A DNA stretch of 63,622 nucleotides, filler included, from Reticulomyxa filosa (taxonomy: Eukaryota > Protista > Foraminifera), in assembly GCA_000512085.1 (NCBI GenBank). It is 24 parts of 24 records of this genome, joined end to end, with 100 filler letters (N's around TTAATTAATTAA, not from the genome) between each part and the next. Parts side by side here need not be neighbours in the genome. Positions count along the whole stretch, not along the records: positions 5,806 to 12,592 come from ASPP01010184.1; positions 12,693 to 18,886 come from ASPP01025576.1; positions 18,987 to 21,303 come from ASPP01041117.1; positions 21,404 to 22,403 come from ASPP01030806.1; positions 22,504 to 23,564 come from ASPP01017817.1; 19 more parts are not named here. The stretch is one strand, 5' to 3'. This document shows, in pieces, positions 12,561-23,564 of the stretch. Positions within the stretch are counted from its first letter, which is position 1. Each line of letters opens with the position of its first letter. A model generated the notes under the pieces. That model made no database searches, was not told the origin of the DNA, and saw only the letters and a program-made list of their open reading frames with translations. Both the position numbers and the translations under genes were made by a program.

Positions 12561-14378
12561 TAGTAATATCGTGATAGTATTTTTTTTTGGTTNNNNNNNN
12601 NNNNNNNNNNNNNNNNNNNNNNNNNNNNNNNNNNNNTTAATTAATTAANNNNNNNNNNNNNNNNNNNNNNNNNNNNNNNNNNNNNNNNNNNNAATAATAT
12701 TAAAATATTTTAATTATTTTATTTTTATTTAAATATACTTACATAAATTAAATATACCTCTTAGTCACTTGTACCCGAGAGGGTATAAAGCATTCTGAAG
12801 GGTATTTTAAAATATTTTTTTTATAATTTTATTATTTTGTATTTTATTTTTTTTATTTATTATATATATATTTGCATACATATTTTAAATTCAAAAATTT
12901 TTTTTTGTCTGCTCGATTTTTTCATTTTTACTTTCTTCTCGTACCGAATTGTTTGCGATTGTTGTTTGTGCATGTTTTTTCTTTGCATAATTTTTATCTA
13001 GATTTTTTTTATCTAATCGTATTTTTTTTTCATCAAAACTTTGACATTCAGCATAAATTGACTTTCGTAATAAACATATTTTCTTTACATTTGGTTGACA
13101 TTATAACATATTTTGTCAAAGATTTACAATTAAAAAATTATCACATTCCTAATTTCATAAAAAGAGTTATTTTTTGTATTGATTTTGCTTGAATAAAAAA
13201 GGTAGTGCCACTTGCACAAAAAGTTCTAAGAGTAAACTTGTAATAAAACATGATCATGTCCTTGAACGTCTTTTAGTTGACTACTACTTACTTTAGTGTT
13301 CAATACACAAGATGAGTGGCAATATTCGAGAATACAATACGTGAGAAAACTATTTCATAAACTAATTGTCTTCTTTTTCTCGATTTGAAGCATAATGGAC
13401 CACAAATTGTACAAAAAAATATCTCTTCTGTATGCTGAGGCGTGAGGAGGAGACAGCCACTTAAGTAAGAGTTCTGATGAAATTCGCTTGCTATCTTTTG
13501 AAGAACAAACAAGTGTCACAAAAAACCAAACTTTTTCAATGAAGTAAATAAATTTTTTAAATATGTACGTTAATGTGTTTATTGGGGTATATTTGTTTTG
13601 TTAACTATTCTGCATTTCATAATTATTATAACTATGAGAAGCAAAAACATTTTGTTTTGTGCTTTTAATTGATGTATGTTTCTCTTTTAAAAAGCATTAT
13701 ATTGCAATTTAAATAAGATATCATTTAAGACTTATCATTTTATATGTACTTGTTATTCTTGTAATCTTGTAAAGCTTGGTTAATGCATAGAATAAAGTTC
13801 TGTCTGAATTCAAATCTTCAAAGAAACAGTAAAACAAAGATCATGAAGGAGAGAAACGTAAAAAACGCGACGCGAAATCGCAAGAAACTTTGCACCAGTA
13901 TTTTAAAAGATTAGGTTAAATTTTTGTTTTATGAGGGAACTCGTTGTCTTTTGAGATTGCATGTATATATTTTTTGAGACATTAGTTTTCGTCAAAAATT
14001 TAATTATTGTAAGATCGATTTTTAAAGAGTTTTTTAAAAATTGATCGTATTTGGAACTATTCGTTGATGTCCAACGAAATGTTCTAATCTATGTTTTTGT
14101 TTACTGAATTTTCAATCAAACCTTTGAACTGGATTTGATTAATTCTCATTTATTTTCTCAAGTAATTTTAAAAAGACACACTAGTCTCATTTCGAATGAA
14201 AACATCGAAATGACTTCGTCGCTTTAACATTGAATTAAGAGTAAAAATATTAAAGTGTATAACATTCACACATTTTCATTAAAAAATGTCAAAAACAACA
14301 TTGTTTTTATGCAACAATTGTTGGAATGAAACAAACTCAAATAACAAACCAACAGAAAAAAATAAATTCAGTGGAATC

Positions 14379-16674
14379 TCAATCAAGCAGATGAAGTGGA
14401 AATTTTCTTGTAGTTTTGATTGACTTTAAAAACTCTTCTATTACATGTCGTAAGGCATGATCTGGAGTTAGTTTTAACTCTCCATTCTCAAATAGAGATG
14501 GATTACACATTTTAGGAGCCTTAGATACAATAGAGTCCCTATCATAAGTGACTCCATCTCGAGCAATGACTGGATCTTTCATAACAGTATTGGACAATGG
14601 ACACAAATATTCCCTCGGAATATTCTGCGCTTCACTGGCTATATCGTCAATTGGAAATTCATTACAAACCTCACAAAACATATTGTAAACGCTACAACAC
14701 TCATTAAAATCTTTTAATCTGAATGCATCCTTCCAATCGTTTTTTGTCATTTGCATTAATAATTTGGGGTCTATTTTGTCTCTTTGTGCGATCCCGGATA
14801 AAGTAATTATTTGATTTCTGCTATATTTCAAAATGTAGCTGACAAAAATCCCAAGCTGTTGTGAATCCCATTCATACCATTTCGATATCAGATTTTTCCA
14901 TCGCCTCTCGATAAACCGGTCATTTTTTGTTTTTAAATGATCCATTTCTGTGCCCAAAGTAGAGCAGCATTCTTCCAATGACTGATTGTATTCTTTCAGT
15001 GATCTAATAATCTTCGTTAATTGTTCAATCTTTTGTTTCTCTGCTGCCGCTCGTTTCGACCCAATAAGGCTGATATTCCACTCTTCAATAGAGCTGATAT
15101 ACCTTGACAATGCTTTTTCAAATTCGTTTTTGCTTTCTTTTTTTTGCAAGCTCTTTTCAGCGAATATTTGTTGAGCGAGTTGATTGATTTTTGAACATTC
15201 ATCCAAGTTTTTTTCCATTTTTGACACGTGCCCCTATGTACCATTAAGAAAAAGATAGTTTGTGCATAGCTTGTGAAAAATGTTGCATCTTTTTTTTTTT
15301 TTTTTTTTTTTGGTTAATACGATACAAACATTGATTTTGTTCTCCAAAGTCAATAATTCCTTCGTTATGGATATGGTTTTGTTCATTTTCGTCAAAAGTT
15401 GGGCTTTGGACTGATGAGCAAGCCCATCACAACTCCATAACTCCAAGTCATCCCATTGGATTTGTTCCCAATCAATTATTGACTGCATCTGTACCTTTTT
15501 GATTTTTTGTTCAAGGCCCTCCATTTCTTGCCTTGCGATTTCCCATTCTTTTGGAGGCTCTGCAGTTTTGTGAATCCTCTTTTCAACAACTCCTTCCTGT
15601 AGCTCCATCGGGATCGTATGCGGTCTCTCGATCTTCAGTTGTTTAATATTTTGTTGTAATTCTTTTACTTCCTTTTTTTTTTTGAAGCATGCGTAGCAAC
15701 TCGTGCTTTTCAAATAATTGGCTCATATTTATTTCAATATGTTTTCTTGGTGTTTCAATCTCATCCGCTTCTCCAAAGATGTGCACACGTGCATTATTTT
15801 TACTCAAAATGGCGCAAGGATTTTTTATCATCTCTGACCATGTAGAATTGCATTTGTCCCATGTTCTATCTTGCATGGAATACTTCCACACAGTTTTAAA
15901 TCTTGCAAAGAAAAATATACAATCATAATCGCTGATATACGTATCAAAGACTATATCACGCAAATTTAGACAAGTTGGCAATGCTTCGTATTTGAAATCT
16001 TTATTGGCTTCGTCAAACTTGATTAACAATCCTGTTTTACCACAAAAAAATATAAACAAATTGGGCACTCTTTCGTCCTTCGCTGTCCATGGCACGAAAC
16101 AATGATGTCGAAAATCGTCCATGTTTTCCTCGATTGGCAATGTGGCATTGGTGATGTTGGCATAACGCTCCATTGTGTTTAAATCAACAACGTAAATCTT
16201 TCCTGGAGAGTGGGTGATGAATAATAAATTATTATTGGCTCCACCAATTAATGCTCGTGCTCCTACGAAATCATCGTTGATGCTTCCAATGTTAAACTTA
16301 GGCATACGTACCCACGTATTAAACGATGAATGTGGCTCACTCTGAGATTTGGAGCCATCACTCCAAACACTTTTATATCTCATCATAAATGTGTATTTTG
16401 CTTCACCTTTGGATTGTCCTCCAAAAGATAAAAGTTTCGTTTCATTTGAGTCACTTTCGTTGTGTTTCCATTGTAAAACACAATGGCCATTTAATTTCAC
16501 TTCCGATGGATAAGAACAAATATATTTGTAAGTTCGTCTTAAAGTGTGGAAGGAATAACACTTATTGTCATTTCCTCCACAAATTATTATCTCATCTTCA
16601 AGTAACACACATTGTGTGTTGGCCAAACACTTTGATGATGAATCTGGTGAGGAAAAAAAGTTAAATGAGAACAT
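14379..16674 (-). CDS. Kelch-like beta-propeller + coiled coil + U-box protein (putative E3 ligase)
   Basis: N-terminus QCVLLEDEIIICGG...YKYICSYP...GHCVL...LLSFGG...ARALIGG. C-terminus IPREYLCPLSNTVMKDPVIARDGVTYDRDSI (U-box). Homopolymer frameshift at ~15680; intron at ~15230-15330. Confidence 0.85.
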
Positions 16675-17561
16675 TTAAATCCCGAGATGACTCTGGAAAA
16701 AGTGAATAAAATAAAAGCAGTGAAAAGTAAGTCAGCGTACCACTTCCAAAAAAAAAAAGGAGCAATCCTTTTTTGCCAGTAAAGTTTTAATTTACAAAAT
16801 AATTGTTTTTTTTTGCCTCAACCTTTCGAGGATCATTTGAATCGATTTGAAAACTTTGAATAAATTTGAAAGAGTCACACTGCAGAATCAAAACTTATTC
16901 AAAAATTATTTGGAAAATAGTCAATGCATGATTATTTGAAATTTGAATTATTCTTTTTGCGTATTGACTTTAAGTAAAACGCTACAGAAGCAGAAAAACC
17001 AAAAACTGCTGCACAGCTTTCTAAATTTTGCTCAAGAGTGAAATCTTATAAAATATAAGATATACTTACAAAGTGAAATAAATCTAATACGAGAAATTGA
17101 AACAAACGTTAACGTTTTACGATTTAATAATTTGAAAACAGTGTACAACTTTCAAACAAACATCCTTCATTACTCTACCTAAAGAAAAATTCGAAATTTC
17201 AGTTTTGTTTGTTATTTTTAAAAATTTCAACAATCAACCCAAACATAATTTTTCCACTCGGCCCTCTGACACGTGTTAATATATTAAATTGCAAAATGAA
17301 AAGTTACAATTTGAACTGAACAAAAACAATTTTCGAATGTACTGCAGCTATACCGTTTTGGAGATACTCTATAATGAAATAAAGGAAGCAAAAGGACACA
17401 GACAAAGGTTGAATCCAATTCATTTATTTCATTTTGTATGGCACACCTGTTGCATCCTCGATTTTATTTTCTCATTGTAGTCCAGTTTCACTAGAACATC
17501 ACGCAACAAAAAAAAAAAAAAAAAATTGTACATGCATAATAAAAAAAAATAAAATAAAGAC

Positions 17562-18250
17562 TTAACAACAATGCAACGTAAAAACTTTGAATAAATTGAT
17601 TAAATCAGGAATCTGGTATAAACGATATTTTTTGTGTCCAAATAATGGATGCCATAAAATGGTATTCCAATCAATTTTGGATTGCATAACTAACTGATAC
17701 AACTCGGACAGATTCATTTCCCCGGACATGGTAGCTTCCCCCAATTGAACCGCCATCGTCATCGACGAGTTTTGATAGTAGCGATAGCCAGTGGTCGGAA
17801 ATGAGTCTTCGTCCACGCACTGCGACTTTGTGGCTGTGGTATTTAAATCAAACGATTGCGACACTGTCATACCTCCCGGAGAAGGAACGACGGTGGAAGC
17901 AATTGGAGGAAATGACACGTGTGGAAACATCGAGTTGTCAAACCAAGGTATTGGTATTGAAGCAGGTTCGTCCATTACAACCGCGTTGTTTGTCCTTATT
18001 ATGTATGTATGCGTATGTACATATTGATATTATACGTACACAAATATATATATATATATATATATGAACTTGATGGGCTCGGGAGGTTGAAAGAATGCAA
18101 AGTCAAGAATAGCTGGCGCAGATGGCTGTGAGGGAAGTTTAACGGTGTGAGATTGGTGTGTACCTTGAGAATCTTGTTCTACATTGGGCACGCATCCTTT
18201 TCCCTTTTTATTCATCTTTATATACATGTACATATACATATGTATGTAAA

Positions 18251-18282
<32 letters not shown>

Positions 18283-18780
18283 GGAAGGAAAAAAAAAAAA
18301 AATTATATATAAACAAACAACACTACGTATGATTTTAGATATGTAACAAATTGTTGCTTTGATGAAATGCATGGATTTAATAATCAACTCGTCTCAAGTT
18401 CCACAAGAACGATTCTGCATGCATTTTGGCCAGCGACGTGGTGCTATTGGTGTGAATGAGCGAATCATTTGTGTGACTATTGTCATTATTATCATTGCTG
18501 CTACTGTTGTAAATGTGATGGCCAGGTTTCGACAGGTCAAACTTTGGGATGATTGAGAGAGGGATGTCTTGATGAAGAAGCTGTTCTGTCTGCGGAGGCG
18601 AGGAAGAGGAATGAAACAATGTCTTGGAACAAATGCGATTGGAAAACTTGTGAATCGTTTCGCACACGTCCATTGTGTTGTTGTTGCAAGTGTCCGATAC
18701 TTTGTATTTCACAATTACATTTTTCGTGTTTTTGTCCAATCCAATCACTCTGGCTTCTGTCCATTCATTGCTGCTATCAT
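17562..18780 (-). CDS. Hypothetical low-complexity protein, multi-exon
   Basis: Three GC-richer ORF blocks separated by TA-microsatellite-filled GT..AG introns. Confidence 0.5.
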
Positions 18781-18986
18781 TGAAGACATAGACGTTATTA
18801 CGACGTCCCGTTGTTATGTCACTTACAAACTGTGTTTATTTTATTTGTGTATATAAATATATGTATATATATATATATATATATATNNNNNNNNNNNNNN
18901 NNNNNNNNNNNNNNNNNNNNNNNNNNNNNNTTAATTAATTAANNNNNNNNNNNNNNNNNNNNNNNNNNNNNNNNNNNNNNNNNNNN

Positions 18987-21261
18987 ACCATTATTTATTT
19001 TATTTTGAAGCTTTTTAATTATTTTATTTAATTCTTGTTTTTGTATTTGTTCTTTATGTTTTGTATATGTGTCAATGTTTTGTTTTAATAGATTTTCCGA
19101 CGCATTATGAATGATGCAAATGTTGATAATGTTAATTATTTCACACATTCTTTTATCAATTTGTTCTATATCTTTTAAATGATTCATATATTTTGTACGT
19201 ATCATATTTGTTTTGTTTAATGTATCATAGATGTTCCACATTAATCCTTCGTATACTAGATCTGGTTCATAATTTTTCATTCCTGTATCAATCAATAGTT
19301 TATCTATCCTTTTTGTAATATCAGGTAATATCTTTTTTAATTTTGTTTTATCTCTTGTTATTATAATTTTTGGTAATTGTGGATATTGTTTATTTATGAT
19401 TATATATTCAGGTATATCAAATGTTAATCTTATAGGAAAGTGGTCTGATTCTGTGAATGCTTTAATTATATCAATTTGTGGAGTACATTTTTTCAATCTT
19501 ATATTTGTATTAATAATAACATAATCTACAATTGAAAAAGTTAATTGTTTTGTTTTAAAATTATGATATGTTCTTTGACCAAATGTTTGATTTGTATTTA
19601 AAATTTCTAATTTGTGTATTTGACATAGTTGCTTTAGTAATTGTCCACTTTGATTTGTTATTCTATCACCTGTATCTATAATTCGTGCATTGAAATCCCC
19701 CATTATTATAATAATATATTTTAATATATTAAATAGTTGAATTATCTTTTCCAGATTTCTAAATGTGTTTGTTGATATTTTATCATTCATTTCATCTTCA
19801 TTTGGTGGTATATATATAAATATTATTATTATTTGATATTTATGTATGATTATAGTCATTATATTATTTTCGGCGAATTAATTATGATTTGTTTCAGATA
19901 TCCAGTTTCGTTTTGTTATTGTGCACATTCCATTACTCCATCTACCTCTTGCTTTTAATGTATCTTTTTTGTATGGTTCTTGATATGTTATTACTACATT
20001 TGATAAAAAATTGTTTATATTTATGTTTTTTTGATGTGTTTCACATAGACCAAAAAAATCAGGATCTTCTTCATTGTAAATTTTGCGAAGTGCAGAATTT
20101 TTAGTGAATTTTAAGTTAAGATTACCATGTACATTTAAGAAAAGTATTTTACATTTCCTTACATTTACATTTGTATTATTTAAATTATATATATTATTAT
20201 TTTTATATTTATAGATATCATCTGGTTCGGTTATATAAATTGGTTGAATAAATTGGTATTTCGTTTCGAATTTATTAATGTTAATGTTATTAGTATTATT
20301 AATATTATTAGTATTAGTATTTAGTATTTTTGGAATTCTGTCAGGACAACTTCAATAATGTCTATCCGTCATTATTGCGTCTTGTCCATTATTCATATTA
20401 TTATTAATAATAATATTATTATTATTATTTCGTATTGGTATTCTTTGTGGTCTAACATTATTATTAATATTATTATTATTACTATTATGTATTGGTATAA
20501 TGTTTGGATTATTTATTTGCGTAATGTTTGCTCTATTTCTTGTATATTGATAATCATTTTGTTGAAACATATTTCTTCGAAATTGATTTCTTTGAAATTG
20601 AAATTGAAATTGATTTCTTTGATAATGGTGTCTTGGATAATAATTATTATATCTTTGATAATAATTTCTTTGAAAATCATTTCGATAATATCCAATTCTT
20701 TGAGGTATATTATTTTGATATATATTATTTTGAGATCTATTTCTATAATTCATATTTCTTTGATAATTTTTATTTTGATATTGATTATGTTGATATATAG
20801 GTCGTTGTTGGTTACTATGGAATCTATTCCAAGTTTTTCCAAAGTTATTATTAATTTTATTGTTCCATCTTGGAATATATAATTGTTGTTTATTTCCATT
20901 CATTGCTTTCTTTGTTTCTTCTTTATACATATCAATCCAAGTTATACCTTTTACCTTTTTTTCATTGATTTTTTCAGTTATCTTTTTAATAAATTCTTTT
21001 GCTTTGTCTATGTTTGTCACTTCTATAGAAATGAATCTTCTTGTTCCATTCGCGTAAACATGGACCTGTATTTTACCTATATCATTTAAAGATATATCCC
21101 ATGATACCAATAGATCTTTTAGATCATTAAAGTCTATATATGAATTGAAAGCCCAACCAAATAACGCTATTTTGGATTTCATTTTCTGTTTTTGGTTATT
21201 ATTGATATTTTTATTTTTATTGTTTACAGGTATGTTATTGTTACTATTAATATTATTAATA

Positions 21262-21303
<42 letters not shown>
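18987..21303 (-). mobile_element. Non-LTR retrotransposon (LINE) 5' half: ORF1 plus APE endonuclease of ORF2
   Basis: APE motifs in one frame: KILFLNVHG (~20150), FGLCETH, GRWSNG, IYIPP, IMGDFNAR, SIVDYVI and ESDHFPI. ORF1 lies upstream at 20352-21182+. The RT domain is beyond the contig end. In-frame TAA at 19878-19880. Confidence 0.88.
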
Positions 21304-21403
21304 NNNNNNNNNNNNNNNNNNNNNNNNNNNNNNNNNNNNNNNNNNNNTTAATTAATTAANNNNNNNNNNNNNNNNNNNNNNNNNNNNNNNNNNNNNNNNN
21401 NNN

Positions 21404-21480
<77 letters not shown>

Positions 21481-21519
21481 ATCCTATGCTTTTTTTTTTT
21501 TTTAAAAAAAAAAAATTCG

Positions 21520-21906
21520 ACCAACCATGTGGTCCCCGAGATTTTCACAGACAACTAGCTCCTCCACTTCTCCGTAATGACTCATTTCGTTGAGCACATC
21601 TTCATAGAAATTATCATAGTGTTCGTGGTTTTCTTTGGCAAGACGCTTGTTGTTGTGAGGAATGTTGGACACTAGATTATACTCGTTATCTTCGTCGTGA
21701 TCGTCCTCTGTCGATGGTGGAGGCATGTAGAAGTGGGCCAATAATAAAGTTTGGCTAAAGTTTGGCTTCATGTGCAAACGTGAACACCTTTCTCCATGGC
21801 GGCAAGCCCCAATTTTAAAGTAAAAACTGCAATTGATCTTGTCTTCTTCCGTACCAAAGATGCGGTGCATGCGTCGATTGTTGTAACTTCTACCATTGCT
21901 GCTCAT
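21520..21906 (-). CDS. U2AF1: Splicing factor U2AF small subunit (U2AF35), 5' part
   Basis: IFGTEEDKINCSFYFKIGACRHGERCSRLH (CCCH zinc finger 1), then FYEDVLNEMSHYGEVEELVVCENLGDHMVG (UHM). Confidence 0.93.
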
Positions 21907-22550
21907 TCTTAGTGTTTATGAAACAAAAAGTTTGGTTCCGTTCAATGAGTGAGCCTTTTTTGTTTTGTACAGTACAAACAAAATTTTTTGAAGAAGGTAT
22001 TTCTGAAAGAAAATTTATTGATTTGCAATTATCGAAGAAATCAACAATTTATTTACATTACCACACAAAACATGATCTTTCTTTAATTAGCTTAATTGTT
22101 TTGTCCTTTTAAAAATAAATTAAATTAAAAATGCGATCTTATGCATACATAACCTATTAATAATTCTCAAGAATATTGAGAATTATTAATTTTGAATAGT
22201 GTGAAAGTGTGATCAGCGGATGCTTGCAAAATTATTTAGCTTGATCGGATGATCAATTATTTTAATTTCAACCAGTAATCTTAAGCCACGCGCAACTAGT
22301 CGGAACCTTAATACGCTAAAAATTATTCCTAAGCATTATCAAAACACTGAATAAAATATTTAACACTTTCTCTATTAAAGATCGTGTATAATCAACTAGG
22401 TGTNNNNNNNNNNNNNNNNNNNNNNNNNNNNNNNNNNNNNNNNNNNNTTAATTAATTAANNNNNNNNNNNNNNNNNNNNNNNNNNNNNNNNNNNNNNNNN
22501 NNNGCCGGCTTGTGCGACGCGGATACCGGGCGAGCCTTCGCCCGCTAGAC

Positions 22551-23245
22551 CTAGAACCTGTAGGTCACGCCGGCGCCGATGATCCACGGATCGATGACCG
22601 CCGTCCCGCTCACCGGGATGGTGTGGTTGACCGTGGCATTGTAGGTCGGGCGCAGGATGTACTTCTTGGCGTCGAAATTCACGCCCCAGTGCTTGTCGAT
22701 CATGTAGTCGAAGCCGACCTGAACGGCGCCGCCGACGGTATTGTGGAGGGTGAGGTTCGTCACCCCGAGCCCGTTGGTCTGCGTATAGCCGGCGCTCTGG
22801 CCGAAGAAGATCGTGTAGTTCAAACCAATGCCGATATAGGGCTTGAACGGACCGAAATCGGTGAAGTGCCATTGCGCCAGCAAGGTCGGCGGCAGCAGCC
22901 AAGCCCTGCCGATGTTGGTGTTCGAAAGCGCGCCGGTGCCCGTGATGTTGTGAGGCGTGACGCCCAGGATGAGTTCGGCCGCGACGTTGCGCGTGATGAA
23001 GTAGCTGATGTCGACTTCGGGGACATCGAATTGCCGATCGACAGGCCCGAGTTCGGCGTCGAAAGCGCGGGAACGCCCTGAACATTCACCGTGCTGCCGG
23101 ACAAGGCCGGCAACACGCCCAGCGCGCGGACGCGCACCTGCCAGGGACTCTGAATCTCGGTGTCATCGGCTTTGGCTGCTTGCCCCAGCGAGCAAGACAT
23201 GAAGGCTGCGGCAACCATCGCCCCAGCAACTGAAATTTTCCGCAT
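22551..23245 (-). CDS. ompW: Outer membrane protein OmpW; one-base deletion near 23023
   Basis: Signal peptide, SPWQVRVRALGVLP, then (shifted frame) VPEVDISYFITRNVAAELILGVTPH...WLLPPTLLAQWHF...KPYIGIGLNYT...DPWIIGAGVTYRF with terminal Phe. Confidence 0.92.
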
Positions 23246-23301
23246 TGGTACTCTCCCGCTTTACGCTGAAACGAGTGAACACCATTACGGGGAGTAGGGA
23301 T

Positions 23302-23315
23302 TTGACTTGGATCAA
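23302..23315. promoter_or_regulatory. FNR/FixK-type box upstream of ompW
   Basis: TTGAC-TTGG-ATCAA versus consensus TTGAT-N4-ATCAA, 57 nt upstream of the ompW ATG. Confidence 0.7.
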
Positions 23316-23471
23316 TGGTTGCAAGACCGCCAGCGGTGACGTGGGATTTTCTTACGGAAAGCCATTCCGCATCTCGGCGCGGACACTCGCCAGTCGATTT
23401 ATCGGCGCTTGTCCCCGTCGGGCTCGTGGCTAAACTCCGGCCAAATCGAAAACGCCCCCGCGGGAGGGATC

Positions 23472-23564
23472 ATGGACCTCGCTTTCACGCCTGAAGAACA
23501 GAAATTTGCCGACGAGGTGCGGGCCTTCGTGCGGGCCAACCTGCCGGCCGACGTGCGCGACAAG
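23472..23564 (+). CDS. Acyl-CoA dehydrogenase (PimC-like) N-terminus
   Basis: MDLAFTPEEQKFADEVRAFVRANLP, with a GGAGG RBS at 23463-23467. Confidence 0.8.

Noticed and set aside
19878-19880. Reassigned stop codons (variant genetic code)
   Set aside because: Host genes end normally at TAA or TGA, and conserved genes (PUF, U2AF1, GT31) have no internal stops in their conserved domains.
21404-21480. Poly-C/G tract (apparent poly-Gly ORF) and (TA)n-derived YIYI ORFs
   Set aside because: Intronic simple repeats at contig breaks, not coding.
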